Source: Azolla caroliniana
Lineage: Eukaryota > Plantae > Polypodiophyta
DNA: 64,000 bases
Assembly (NCBI GenBank): GCA_043228905.1
Contig: JBHGNT010000017.1
Coordinates: 13,888,001 to 13,952,000, forward strand
Direction: 5' to 3'
The notes under the pieces were generated by a model. That model was not told the DNA's origin. It worked only from the letters and a program-made list of their open reading frames with translations, and ran no database searches. Both the position numbers and the translations under genes were made by a program. Positions 49,064-63,218 of this stretch are shown here, one piece after another; the first letter of the stretch is position 1, and every line of letters starts with the position of its first letter.

Positions 49064-50694
49064 CATTTCAGTTCAATCATTATATAATCATGTCCATTCT
49101 CGTCATTGGTGATCTTATTACTTTGTGGGGCATTAATTACAGCATTCATGCTGTCATAATGAAGCGAGTATTCACTTGATTCTACTGAACAGTTAGTGTG
49201 CTTATGGTGGTCTATGATTTTACTGGCATGTATATATGCATCCTGTTAGTTACATCCACTCTATCATATTTATTGCTTCAGCGGAACAAAGGGGCTGAAT
49301 TAACACCAAGGCAAATCTAAAATCATGCCTGTATTGAGAATGCCATTTGGCAAGTGAGATGTAGTTAGCCCTCTGACAAGTGTACAAATTGAACAGTGAT
49401 GCCTACTCTTATCAAACTTGTATGCTTTTTACCATTATGAAAAGGTATTGTTTTTAGTATATATACTCCACTCTTAAGAACACAGCATGATCCTGGTGAA
49501 AACATTGCCATCAACCTCTTGTATCTCTAGACACAATACAGAAATTTCAATGAGATGAATCTTAAGAACATGATAGCATGTTATCAAAAATTGTCAAGCA
49601 GTTTGTCTCTAATGCAATTCACAAATCTTGATGGAATGCAATTTCCTCTAGATCTTAGCTCATTTCAATTTATTGAAGATGCCAATGTAATGCTAGCATA
49701 TGATAGCATCTAGTTACATATGGTAGTTTAGGTAGAATTTTTATTTTGCTTTATTTTAGCTGACATTTGAACTACTTATTATGCAAATTATTATTGTCAA
49801 AAATAAATATAAAAACCATTTTACTAGCATTGATTTCTCACAACAATGCCTACCAAGAGGATCTTTATAATACAATCAACACTTGAAAGTGTTGTAAGCT
49901 AATTGTAACTTCTCTAGAGATGCCATGCCATAATATTAGAATTTTGAACTAGAATTTTTATTGTCCATAAAGAGGCCAATTTTGACCTATGGGGACAATG
50001 TGTCTAGGGACAATGTGCCATATAGATACTTGGAGACATTATGCCAAATAGGCCTCTACTTTGATGGTCACACTTACCTAAGACCTTTATATGTATATAT
50101 TTTTAGGGTAATTTTCAACTTTCAAATGCTCTCGTTTTTACACAATGCTCTCTTTCAAATGCTCTCGATTTTCAACTTGCCTTTCATCTTCAAGGTTTTA
50201 TATTAGACACAACATTCATTTAGAATTATGCAACAAGTTATGCAATCAGAAATAGGAACAAAAAACATCTCCCTCCCTACAACTTGTTAAGAAGAGAGAT
50301 CTATATATGTATACTATGCTATTATTCCCCAACTTAGAACAATTTATCCTTTTTCTTACAGTTAATGAACAAGAAAGTCTTAAATTAACTTTGGCTGTCA
50401 AGGGTGGGCATACTCCTTTGGTTATTAGATTGTGAAGCACATATAACAAAACACAACTGTTAAAACAGAGGGTAGGCATATATATATTTGTACACTTCAA
50501 TGATGATTGTCTTCATTTGTTTCGACCTCAAAAATACAAATTTCCAAGCAAAAAATAGTAAAAAGAACGTCAATATGCAACATTCATGTGAGGTAAATTG
50601 AAGCTATATATAATCCCCTTGCTTCTTTTACAATCATAATTTGTGATCATAAATTTCAGTTATAAGTTGATTTTTAGACTTACCAAAAATTAAC

Positions 50695-50955
50695 TTATAA
50701 TTACACTATTCTTATACATCATCTAGGTGTATTACCTCACTCACTTTACACACATATATTCCACATTTGGTTTTTACCAAATATTGACTTATAATACCAC
50801 TATTCTTATACATCATCTAGGTGTTGTTACCTCACTTCACACGCATATATTCCACATTTGGTTTTTACCGAATATTAATTTATAATACCACTATTCTTAT
50901 ACATCATCTAGGTGTCACCTCACTTCACATGCATATATTGCACATTTGGTTTTCT
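50695..50955. repeat. About 92-bp tandem repeat, three copies
   Basis: CACTATTCTTATACATCATCTAGGTGT...CACATTTGGTTTT occurs three times. Confidence 0.85.
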
Positions 50956-51435
50956 AGTTGAATCAACTCATAATCGAGCCAATCGATCTCGCAAATGCAT
51001 TATATTACTTGTTGAGAACATCATAACATGGTGAAAATCCACAAAAGAACATTTTCACATCGTGTTAGAAACATTGAGAAACAAGGGCATGAATGTGCAT
51101 AGAAAAAACTCATCGAAAATGTGGTGAGAATCAGCAAAAGGACTTTTATGCACAGGCTTAGAAGAAACAAACTGAGGCATGAACACATCAAATGTGGTGA
51201 GAATCCATGAAAGAACATCTACACACACGGACCTTAGAAACATTGAAAAACTAAGGCATGAACGTGCACACGAATGCTTTTCCGGCACACGCTCGAACAA
51301 AAGATCATTTTGGCTAATAAAATCTAATGATGACAAAAGTTCATCTTAGCTAATAAAACCTAATGAAAGAGAGACTAGACTACTTGGGCAAGGGTTATAG
51401 ATATGGCAATGGATGTCCCATCCTTATCTCTAGGC

Positions 51436-52761
51436 CTACCATCGTCCGACTCGGGCCTCTTCATAGGCAGCAGGGCCATAATCGTCCCAAGTTTCATTTA
51501 TTTCGGACAAGGACGCTTCGTTAACCTTCAAACCCGACATGTCGTGTTTGCCCATGAATTCGAACTGCCCTTTCAGACTGGCCCCATCGACCGAAGAAAC
51601 CCAACCTCGTTGGTCCTCGTCCATGAAGAGTATCTCCCCTGTCCCACAATCCACACCCCTCCATCGGAACGCGAGTTTTCCGCCATTCTCCGCACCCATG
51701 CTCTCTTTGCTAAACTTGAGCACCCCTGAAATCACCCCAAAATCAAACTTCTCTACCAATGTCCCACTCTTCTTCTTCCTTGCTATGCAGAATGACAAAT
51801 CTCTGGCTTGCTCCCATTGTTCTTCTATGTACTTGCAACTGATGTGCCACTTCCCTTCTATTCCCCCATTTTTCTTCTTCTTCTTCATTATTCCCTTCTC
51901 ATGTTCATTGCTTGCGAGAGCGCTCGATCTCGCCATGAATTCCTCGTGTTCTTCCTCGATCTTGCGCCGCTTCGCAGCTCTCTCCATCTCCCCACGAGTC
52001 TTTGTCTGCTCCGAAATGTCCCACGCCTTCTCGGAAACGGCCGACCGGTTCTTCCCGACAACCATCCAACGGCCTCCTCCGTCTGGCGCATCCGCACTCA
52101 CGCTAACCAGGCCAAGCTGCTCTGCACAGCGATGAATAGAAGCTCTCTGTGCATTATTGAGCTTCTTCAGAACACAAGTAGATTCACCATCATCATAGCC
52201 ATTGCCATTGCCATCTACATCGATATGATCTCGATCCGAATAGGTACAGCCGATATTTGAATCGACCACATGACCATGTCCTTTTGATCGGCCGAGCTTG
52301 AACTTGGATAGCAAGAAAGCCGAGGGGTCTTCGATGGCGGAAGCCGCATCCTCAGATCCACCCGATTCCAAGAATCTTCGCTTCCGTGCCGACGCATTCT
52401 CCGATCGGAACCGTTCATTTAACCGACATTCGAGTTCTTGGATCCGGGGCGGGATGGAATCGCACAAGCCGTCTTCGACAGCCGACACGAGCTTCGCTCT
52501 GAGTTCAGCTAATGTGAGTGATGATTTAGGGGTAGGAAGGCCATAGAGACAGAGCTGGGCGTGCCACCATGCCTTGGTCTTAGAGCTGGTTGGGTCCTTT
52601 GCATTCTTGCGCTTGCGGCCGAGGCCGAGGCAGGAGCGAAGGTCCGAGACCGGGGTTCGAGGATGGCCCTTGCATGTTAACCCATTTCCTGCACATTCGA
52701 AGGGGGGCTCAGAGATGGGATTGATGACAATGGGGTGTAGCTCAATGGAGGTGGTAGCCAT
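51436..52761 (-). CDS. Intronless 441-aa uncharacterised protein with an R3H-like motif; resembles fungal hypothetical proteins
   Basis: Uninterrupted ATG-to-stop ORF; WWHAQLCLYGL...IPPRIQELE; QRASIHRCAEQLGLVSVS; FDFGVISGV, FRWRGVDCGTGEI, WDDYGPAAYEEARVGRW*. Confidence 0.8.
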   Translation of the reverse strand: MATTSIELHPIVINPISEPPFECAGNGLTCKGHPRTPVSDLRSCLGLGRKRKNAKDPTSSKTKAWWHAQLCLYGLPTPKSSLTLAELRAKLVSAVEDGLCDSIPPRIQELECRLNERFRSENASARKRRFLESGGSEDAASAIEDPSAFLLSKFKLGRSKGHGHVVDSNIGCTYSDRDHIDVDGNGNGYDDGESTCVLKKLNNAQRASIHRCAEQLGLVSVSADAPDGGGRWMVVGKNRSAVSEKAWDISEQTKTRGEMERAAKRRKIEEEHEEFMARSSALASNEHEKGIMKKKKKNGGIEGKWHISCKYIEEQWEQARDLSFCIARKKKSGTLVEKFDFGVISGVLKFSKESMGAENGGKLAFRWRGVDCGTGEILFMDEDQRGWVSSVDGASLKGQFEFMGKHDMSGLKVNEASLSEINETWDDYGPAAYEEARVGRW

Positions 52762-52968
52762 GGAAAGCTTGGAAGTCCTCCTTTAATACTTAGAGACTTA
52801 TGGCAAAAGACCCACCCATACTGTTTGATTGATTGAGCCCAAGAGCTTTTATAGAAGAAAGAAGCTACACATGCTCATTGGTAGTGCCCATCCATGCATA
52901 CAAGAGACTCTCGTTTCTTTGGGACCAGTAACACAATCGGCAAGAGACTCTCTTTTCTTTGGAACCTG

Positions 52969-53714
52969 TAACAATCAGCAATCGTGCGAATTGAACCGCG
53001 ATACCATGGCCTAACGGTTTAAATAGTTCAGTTCAGGTTTAGGTTTTTTTTTAACAGTTCGGCTCGGTTTCAATAGTTAGAAACCGCGGTTTCAACGGTT
53101 TAACGGTTTTTATTTCTTTATTAATTTTTAAAAAAATTAAAAAAATTGTTTTTAAACAATCTTTTCATTTTCAGGCCTTATTCTCACATTTTAGAAAAAT
53201 TTAAAAATTTAAAAAATTTAAAAAAATGAAATATTTTGATTTTAAAATTTTGAAATTTTGAAATTTGAAATTTATCCTAACTTGAAAACCGAACCATGAA
53301 ACCGTGGTTTTAATGGTTTAATGTCTCAAAAATGGTTTAGAGTATGCACACAAAGAATTGAAGTTAACTTAATTAAATCAATAAACATAAACAAGTTAAG
53401 TTAACCATTAAATTAAATAAGCATTTTGGTTAAATGAATTAAGTCAATAAACAAAAAAACATTAAATGAACCAGTGAATTAACAAAGCATTAAGGAAATA
53501 AAAAAACACTTAAGCAAAAACTAATAAACCATTGAATTGAACCACTTAAACTTATAAATCAATAAACCTGAGTTTTAGAAACATACCAAACTAAAACCAA
53601 ACAATTTAATAATAATCAAACGAAAACAAATCGTTTAATTGTATTGTAACTGATAAACCATTTTACCATGGCTTAAATGTTAGTTCGGGATGAGCAAAAA
53701 CGGGCCCATAGTTA
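52969..53714. mobile_element. Composite MITE/hAT-derived remnant
   Basis: 52969-53330 is homologous to 54591-54880; the right part resembles 21900-22180 and ends in the degenerate TIR GGGCCCATAGTTA. Confidence 0.6.
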
Positions 53715-54590
53715 TGTGAGGTCAAAACACACAATCTAAATGTGTGATTTTGCAAAGCCCCAACGCAAGCATGTCCATTACATTACTAGTATCAATTGGT
53801 TTCCCACATAAGTTTATGATGCCCACATCAATTTCGTCAGATAATATTAAGAGGGTCACATTTGTTGTGTGTGTTGGCTTTCCACATCATATCAAGAAGG
53901 TTGTACATCTCCTATGTTTGTTGGCTTTCCATCTCCTATATTTGTTGGCTTTCCATGTACTATAAAGATGGCCACATCACTTGTGTCTATTGACTTTTCT
54001 ATATACTTCTTGTCCATATTCTAATCCCACTTTGTTGTATTTCTGTTCCTACTCTATTCTTGCATTAGTAACCTTAGCAGACAATGCCATGGCATTGAAC
54101 CATGTTTCCATGCTTGATCGAAAATAATTGTCCAATTTCCGGCCACACCCGATGTCTGATAAAAAAATCGTCTGATTTCTGGCCAAACCCTGAAATCTGA
54201 TCTCTCATTTGTGGTTCTCTGATTCGGGAAATCACATGTGATATGCAATAAAAACACGTTTTGTCACATTTTGGTCATCATCATTGGAAGTTATATTGGA
54301 GAAGTCTCATGCAATAAAAACATGTTTTGACATACATATTATGTAATATTAAGCGATCAATTGAATCTCCACGAATGCTTATTGTAATTATCTCTAATTC
54401 CCAATATCCCTCCTACCATTCTCGTTGATGCGTATTATATTCAAATGCGTGTAAACACAATTATATCCTTTGTCATTCCGGTGTCTATAGTTTGAAATCT
54501 TCTGAGGGCAGATAAATGATTATTTCATCCACTCCATACATATGGATCGTAAGTAGATCTTGTTATTCATTATTGGAATAGTGAAGTGAA

Positions 54591-55004
54591 TTAACAATCG
54601 GCAACAGTTCGGTTTGAACCTAACCGAATCGTGAAACTGTGGCATAACGGTTTAAAAGGTTCGGTTCAGGTTTAGGTTTTTTATACGGTTCGGTTCGGTT
54701 TCAACAGTTAGAAACCGCGGTTTAAAGGTTTTTTATTTTTTTATTTTATTTAAAAAAGTTGTTTTTAAACAATCTTTTCATTTTTAGACCTTATGCTCAC
54801 ATTTTAGGAACATCTTTAAAAATTTGACCCAAGTTGAAAACTGATACAGAACCACGAAACCGTGGTTTTAATGGTTCAACGGTTTGAAAGTTTTTTTTAT
54901 AACGGTTTCGTGGTTCGGTTTGGTTAGGTTCAGGTTTAAAAAAAACATTAAACGGTTCGGGGTTTGACCCTCTCAAACCGAACCAAACCGTTGCAGATTG
55001 TTAA
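54591..55004. mobile_element. MITE with about 24-bp imperfect TIRs, upstream of SURF2
   Basis: TTAACAATCGGCAACAGTTCGGTT ... AACCAAACCGTTGCAGATTGTTAA; GAAGTGAA on both flanks (1-nt offset on the right). Confidence 0.75.
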
Positions 55005-55207
55005 AGAAGTGAAAAATGAGCTCAACTAAAGACCATACGAAGTAAAAGCAGCCCTCCTGAAGAAGAAGAAGAAGAAGAGAGAAAACAGGGGATAGAAAAC
55101 ATAGAAAGAAAAGAGGGTAGATATGTAGATACAAGGAAGGAGGAACAGGGTAAGCAGAAGTAGAAACAAGGGGGGACCAATCACTTAGAAACAGGGAGAG
55201 AGATCTC

Positions 55208-55569
55208 ATGTTGATCCTCGGCGAGGTTCACTTCGAGGAGTTGCCATCATCAGGCAGGGTGCGATGCATCGAGACAGGGCATGAGATGCTCCCCTCAGAG
55301 AAAGAGGGGTATGGAAGCAGCAAGAAATGCCGTAGGGCTCTGCTCGATCTTTTCCTCGATCGACGGAAACCGCCTCTCAATGTTTTCCGGCAAAACCCTA
55401 CCCTCAAGTAAGTGAAAAAAGGAAACAATGCCATTCTCCTTTCTGCTCCTCCTGTTAAAAAATTTTGGGGAATTTTTATGTGTGATGCTCTTCAAATGAA
55501 GATTTTGGCTGCAACCCTAAACCCCTTGTTATATACATTTGTAATTAATACAATTATTACTCATGGAAA

Positions 55570-55624
<55 letters not shown>

Positions 55625-57404
55625 TGGCATGCTTGTCTCATTCTCCTTTCTGCTCCTCCTGTTCAAAAATTTTGGGGAATTTTTATGTGTGATGCTCTTC
55701 GAATGAAGATTTTGGCTCCAACCCTAAACCCCTTGTTATATACATTTGTAATTAATACAATTATTACTCATGGAAAAGATAGAGAGATAGAGAGAGAGAT
55801 GTGGCATGCTTGTCTCATTATAAATGAAATTGAAATTGACAATATTTAGCGATTGTAGGGACAAAGTAATATGTACACTCACAGGAGATGTGTTGAACAA
55901 ATCAGAGGATGCCTTATGGAAGCATATGAATGGGAAAAAATTCTTGCGGAAACTTGGTCAGTGTATTCTATATTAAATATTGAGGTTGTTCGTTGCTTCA
56001 AATTTTGATGGTGTCAAGATGTATGAAATATAATCGATTTATTTATGAAGATTATTAGCTTCTATGTGTATTCAGATAAATTTTCAGAACTTTTGCTTAC
56101 AAGCCTTGTATTTAAAGTTTTCTATATAGTCATCTCCTAAATAAACAATTCTAAGTGGTTAAACAATAGTTCCAGATTCATCTTTCAACGATAATTCTTT
56201 TCATAGCTGACTTAAGAAATCAGATTAATTTTCTTTCAAAAAATTATTCTCTTAGTATGATGGGCCAGTCTCACTTAAGAAATAAAATACCTCGTACTAT
56301 AACTGAGAATTCTGTAGCTAGATGGGAAACAGAAGCGTAACGCTTCATGTTTTTTGTTTGGAAAACAATCGCGGAAGTTTAAATACATTCTGGGCATGAA
56401 GAGGATTTTTGACCCTATGTATCTTCTTCACATGAGTAGATGTGACATTTTTCAAGTGATGAATCATATTTCCCAAGAAATGATTAATTGATTTTCAAAC
56501 TTAATAGGCCAATTAAGGCTTACGCTTAGTTTTGTTGGATGGGTGGCACAGCTCAGAAAGAAGCAGAGAAAAATGAGACCCCTCAACAAACAGTAGAGAC
56601 TGTTATGGACATGGGTGATCCCAATCATCTTCAAGAGGATAATGATGCTGCTGATAATCTTGAAGAGAGTAATGATGATATGGATTTGGAAGAGCTTGCG
56701 TTTTGGCTCCCACCAGATGATCAAAATAATGAAGGTGTTCCTTCAGAGTGTAAGTATAAACATGCTGCTTGATCTTTTGGCAATGAATAAGTGCTTCCAC
56801 ATTACTTGAAGCTCTTGATTTATAATATTACCTTCAGGCTTGGACGAGACAAGTGAAAATGGCTTTCCAGCTGAAGCATTTGGCTCCACTGGGTAAAGCT
56901 TCAACATCACCCTCTCTTTATGTTTGATTTGTGCATTTTATTAGATGAAAAATGGACTCTGTACATTTGCGGTTGTAGATTCTATCAATAAAGAAGACAA
57001 GAAAGTAAACTCTGGGTCAGGGGTAAGATCTCATGGCTCACACATCTGTAGACAATGCTTCTTATGGCCTTTCGAGTAGGTATTAGTACTTTAGAAATGT
57101 CAACCATATAGAAAGTAGTTTCAAGATGTGAAGCATGTTTTATTATATCTTTGAGTTATAAGCATCTTTATGTCATTTGCCTGAACACAACTATATTGCC
57201 ATTCTTTTGGATACACTTCCATTATTGCTTAAAATGATGTGCTCTTTATGGATTCAAACCTTTCCAACTATTCTGTGGTTGCTCATAAAAACCATGAGAG
57301 AGATTTTTTGTATTCTTTCCTACAGAGTCAAGCGGAAGGCAAAGAAAGGGGCTAGCAAACCTACTCTTAAGGTTAAGAAGCGGAAAAAGACAAAGGTCCA
57401 GTAA
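55208..57404 (+). CDS. SURF2: Surfeit locus protein 2 homolog, about 6 exons
   Basis: GRVRCIETGHEM...KKCR...KPPLNVF and CTLTGDVLNKSEDALWKHMNGKKF; acidic middle with FWLPP; basic C-terminus. Confidence 0.85.
55430..55820. repeat. About 200-bp tandem duplication in SURF2 intron 1
   Basis: CATTCTCCTTTCTGCTCCTCCTGTT...GAGAGATGTGGCATGCTTGTCTCATT occurs twice. Confidence 0.85.
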
Positions 57405-59036
57405 AGCAGGTTATATAGCTGCCAGGTAAGGTAGTCTTTAGTATTGGAACATTTTTTTTGTTTGCTTTTTCGATAATGTTAAGTGGTTTTCACTCAGTGT
57501 AACCTTAACCTGCTTTCTTTTTTGTATGCAGTTGAAAGTATCGTTAAAGATCAATGGTAGAGCCCATTTGAATGGAAGAAAGTGTGTGAACTGCGTGATG
57601 GTCATGATAATCGACAAAATTTTGACTGGATATATTTCAATAGTAGACTAGGATGCAGCAAAATGTTGAGCATATCCTCAATAAGAGGAAAGAGATAGGG
57701 AGGCACTGTCCTCAAGTATCTTTTCCAGGGAGCTCAAGATTATATTTCAGGTAGTAAAGATGCAGAAGATGATATTGATGATCTTAAATGAGCTTACCAA
57801 TGTTTCCTGTGAAGGTGATTGGCTGTAAGAACAATGATTCTTTATGGAAATTAAATTTATGAAGCACAAACTACTCAGAGTGCATAATGAATTCACCAAA
57901 ATTGTGTAATGTATATTGCTTGACATGCACTATGAAGCACAAACTACGTAGAGCGTGTAATGAATTCACCAAAAATTGTGTTATGTATATTGCTTTAAAT
58001 GCATGACTATATGGGCACAGTGCAACCATGATTTTACAGTAATAATAGTCTCATCCACTAAACCCTAAACCACAAGTTATTGAGGAGTGTGATGCACTCA
58101 TATGTTATGTATATTGCCCTCATATATACCATGATATGTGCTACAATGATTGTCCAACTGATTGTCTTAGCCATGATTCCTTCATTTCATGAGTGTTGCA
58201 TTCAGGAAAATTTTGAACCATAAAAACATCCACATTTACAACTACCAAGTACCATAGGCATATGACAAGATGCACATTTGCAAAGTAGGTTTGCTTTCAG
58301 AGTTTATGAAAGTTATTGAATATATAGCTAGACCCAGTGATCCTTACCAAGTTTTACCACAGTGAAGAGGTTGATTTATAAAAGACTATTTTCAAGAGCA
58401 AAATAGTGTTTGCCCTAATTGGTGGCAATACTCAAGATTACAATGGAATAAAATGACACTGAATGACAAGTGAAGGATTACAAATCATTAATCGGGGGAG
58501 TAATTATCTGCAAATCTCATCTCTACTTCAAGGCATGATGATATAAGGAAAGAACAATGCAAATAAATAACAGGCATATGATTGTTCCCTGACTACATAT
58601 CTTTATGTTATTTCTCACATGACATCAAAATAGTAATAAGATGGGATAACATATGATTGTTCATTTGAAGAAAAATTGTATGTGAATTCACCAAGTACAA
58701 AAAAACTGGAAACCCTTTAGTCTGCGTGGCAAAAGTAACAAACATCTCCTAATGTTTCAATCATTTGTCAGATGAGACCAGAAACGCTTTATGAAGGTTC
58801 TAGCATTATGTCTCTTTCCATACAAACGTTTGTCTTTTGCCTTATGACCTTAAGTTTTTGGTTATTTCCTTTAATGATTTGTCAAACCAAACCATAAACA
58901 CATTATAAAGGTTTTGTCATATCTGTTACCTTGCAAACTCTATATTTAACTTGGATATACAACATCTCATGTTAGATTTACATACATGTACAAGTTGCAT
59001 GGAAATAATCAATCCAGAGCTTCATGGAGTAAATTA

Positions 59037-62000
59037 CTAGAGCTCAAGCCTTGAATCCTTGCTTTTTTTCCCTTCCATGGCATCTTTCTTTGCCTTACAA
59101 CTCATACAAAGAAAAGGTCCCTGAAGTGTTCTATTTGTTAAAGAAAAGACAGAACCAGCATGAACTGAAATCCCATCATTCATTGTCATGTTGGTCTGAC
59201 AGACAGCACAATTGAGGATTCCTAATGAAGGGTCTGAACCAAGCCTGAACCAAATCAACACAATTCAAAAGTTGAGATCTTAATGGAAATGAACATTTTC
59301 AACCAAGACCACCAACAAGTAACTAACCTTTCTGCGAGCCTTGCAGAACCCTCTTCAAAGAGCTCTTCGACAACTATATCAGGGGGCTTGTTAGCAACAA
59401 TGGCACTTGACTCCTTCGATCTCCAGCCAAAAAAAATAGACTTCCATTTGTTCTGTTTCTTTACAGGCAATGGAATAGAGGGAATGTAATTATCAGGTGG
59501 TAATAAATCCACAACTAAACATGTCGTGTCATCACAGAGACCTCGAGCCCTAAGAGACTCCTGAAAAAAATACATATATCACTCCATGAAGTGTGTTATT
59601 ATAGGGAAAACTCAAAAATGCCCAAGTTTTCTTGAATTCCCAAATTATATTCCTGAGGTTTTGTTAGGTGCCCGAACACCTTTGGTCACCATTAAAGAGA
59701 GAACAATGAGATAAATAAACCCTTTAACTGCTAATATAGCCCATATAATTTTGAGGGATGAACTAGTGAAATTGGGAAAATAACAAAAACTTTGGTATGT
59801 TCAGAGGTGTTCCCATTATAATACAATGGGTAAAACAGGAACGTTGTAAACAATGCAAGGGAAATAGAAGAAGCCAAACCTTCACCACTTGCCTAGCTGC
59901 AAGTTCTGCTGGCAGGCCCTTGCAGCATTTAGCAGCCTTTTCAGAGCTTAAAGCATCCCACACACCATCGGAGGCGATGATCAACCTTCCCCCAACCTTT
60001 GAAAGCTAACATGGTAGAGCTCCAAACTTCAATAACCTTAAAAAATAGCTATATGAATAGCTTGTCATTACGCATAGACCGTCACCTTTATCTGCTTAAC
60101 ATGAGGTATAGGAACAATAAATTCCCCAACATCAACATCACCAATAGATCTTGATAAGCAAAGGCCTCCTGGCCAACACCGCAGCGGACCAATCTACAAC
60201 CAAAGTGATAGATATTCAATCAAATGTCATCTTCAAATATTGCAAATATAATGAGTTAACTATCGCTTCTAATAAACATTGAAAACTAGTTCACGGCTTG
60301 AAGGTGGTAATTTTTAGATCACACATAATAAACCTGCAGAAGAAAGCTTGATTGCTTTACAACACTTTAACACATATGGCAAAATCACATCACTCAGCTC
60401 CACCATCCTCGCAAAGGACCCTTGCTCATTGTTAGGAATCAAGACCCAGGATCTGACTCTATGACCCACTAACCAAACACAAAACACATCTATACTTAGT
60501 CCTAATGGTAGATCCGACCCATTCTAATGTGAAAGCTATGGTTTATTCTCCATCAACCCCAAGGTACAAAGCTCAACCAAAAGTATCATTCTCAACTTTA
60601 TTACCTCAACACCACCAGCTATGCTAAGCCTCCCAACTTCACCTCCACAGCCTGTCACCCGTTCTCTCCTGAAATCTCAAGAAATATCAAGTAAATTCCA
60701 ACCAAATACTGGAAAGCTAAACAAGTACAAAATGCTCCAATCTCGCACGTAATTATGACCAATATTGGTATATAAAAAGCTTAATCGTGTATATGGACAT
60801 TGGATTCTATATCCATAAGTTTCATACCATGCGGGTGTCAATATATTTGCTATAATTTCACAATTTAAATATTGATGCAGGGAAGGTGCACATTAATCAT
60901 TGCTTCTCTTGCAAGCTTTCATACGCTTATCACACATTTTAGTCATACAACTAGATGACCAGACTTACTCTTCTTCATTTTCTTCAAGCCTATGATCCAC
61001 TGTTAGTGCAGAAACCACGCCTCCTCTAGGATCAAGTACACATCGGGAATCTCCAACACATGCAACAGTGACAGTCCACTGATCTACCACAACAAAAGTC
61101 ACGGTTGTCCCTGATGTTTGTCCTAGCAGGTGTGAAACAGGTAGATGATTGATTGTATTCTTAAAAAACAGGAAACACTCTGAAATACCCCTGTTTTTCT
61201 TTGTTTCCCCCAAATGCCCCTAAATTTTTCCCTGATTGACCACTGAAACAGAGGAAAAACAGGGAAATTTTGATCACATAGCACATAAGACTGATCAAGA
61301 CTGGTGTTGACAAGGGGCAAGCGAGCATAAAGGAAAACTGAGGGTTATTTTGGTGTTTTCCCCCCAACAAACTAGTATTGCAATGTTGATATAACAACCT
61401 CGCTTTTGAAAATCTTTGTCTGTTTTTACGAAACCTGCAACTAGTGCTCGTGGCAATGATGCCAGCCATTCATCTCTGCTTGAAGTGGCAGGAAGTGCAC
61501 TCAGCACATCATTCATCAAGTTTTCCTTAACGTATCGAGCAGCAGATGAACCATTGTGACCATCCAACACCTGGGGGAGACAAAAAATATGTCAAGTAAA
61601 AAAAAAAATTAACACATGCAAAAGCTTAGGTATATGAGGAAAATATTTTCTTTCCTTCAAGTTAAATGGTCATTACAACCACTCAGGACCCGGGATCCTT
61701 TTCATGCACAAAAGAGCAAACCCCGCAATTACAGATGGAAAAAATACACAGTCCTCCATGTTAGATTCCCATTTGTTACAATTCAAATTTTCAGAATCCA
61801 GAAGATAAGGCCAGTATAGATATTGAAACAATAAAAACAGTCAATTACGCTTGAAACAAATGTGCCTTGCTCCATTTTACTAGGTCATTGTCACCATCAA
61901 GAACCAGCAAGATAAAATTTGAGCACAAATCGCATATGTGCAAAATCAAACTTACACACAAGAAGCTTTTTACCATTTTAAATAGTGACACAAAAGAACT

Positions 62001-62405
62001 CCACATCAAACAATTGTAGAACCTACATTATGCGAGCAATCATGTGCTTGCATCCATGCTAAATGATAGTTCAAATGTTTCCCAATCCATTTAGAAGATG
62101 AACAAATTCACCAAGGTTTAAAAAAATCCACATAGGAGATGAACAAACTCATGGAAGTTACAAAAGAGACACCGTACCCCAAATACAGTAAAGGTAGATG
62201 AACCATCTCCAGGAACTCGTTGGCAATCTGTCTTAACTATGGTGAAATCTTCTCCTTTCTTGGATTGGCATGCTTGACCATAAGAGATAATGGGTGCATC
62301 AATTTTGTCACTATTGAACTCCCTCTTCAGAAATGTGGCCAATGGAACCATATTCTGACCAGAACCACTTCTATGCTTCACCTTCTGACCTTCTTGAATA
62401 CCCAT
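59037..62405 (-). CDS. Protein phosphatase 2C (PP2C12/PP2C15-like), about 8 exons
   Basis: KKGED, VLDGHNG, SGTT, VGDSRC, LTVDHRLEENEEE, GPLRCWPGGLCLSRSIGD, IASDGVWD, GLCDDTTC, EELFEEGSA and C-terminal CAVC...CMSC. Confidence 0.93.
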
Positions 62406-63218
62406 TCTTATATAACCTTAGAAGGAGTTTCTTTCACTGATGCAAATGATGGGAAGAAGAAAGGCACATGAAAAAACCAAAAGCACATTGTAGTTGACCT
62501 TTATCCTTCATAAGAAACACCTATTCTATTCAATTAGAGGAAGAAGACGAAGCTGTATGGAAGGGTTTTTCATTTATTGGAAGAAAATTTCTTGCTGAGA
62601 ACAAACAAAACCAAGGCCGAGGTTTGGAGACGGAAGAGCTTTTCAGCTTCAAGGAAAAGAGGTTAACAACTTTGGAACAGACAGGGGAGGTCTACTCAGA
62701 CAATATTCTCCTGCAAGTCAATTTGAATCAACCCTAAAGTTTGAACCCCAAAACATTCTGACAAAATGTATGTATGTCTGTCTGTCTGGCTGACTAATCA
62801 GATATAATTCTCTTTGGTAGTGTTGACTATCTCTCTCTCTCTCTGTATGTATATCCTCGGATGAAGTGTTATTTCAAAAGCTTGAAATTGATACAAGCAC
62901 AGTAGAGAGAGAGAGAGATTGGGGGGGAGGCATGTTCTGGATATTCACCCTGCATTTGCAGAAACCCTAAACCTGAGAGGGAGAGAAAGAAAGAGAGGAG
63001 TACTTTTGGAGCAGAGTATGTACATACATATGTACATACTTAAAAGGAAAAAGAAAGAAGCTTTTTCAGCAGAAGAACAGAGGACCACAAAAACCCAAAA
63101 ATTTAGTCTCTCTCTCTCTCTCCATTTAGTTAGAGTCTCTAACTAAATGGAGAGACTCTTAACTAAATGATGCTTGCTCCAAAATATAGATAGATAGAGA
63201 GCTTTGATCTTCACTATG

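Noticed and set aside
51539-52546. Plus-strand ORFs of 82-198 aa
   Set aside because: Antisense shadows of the 441-aa gene.
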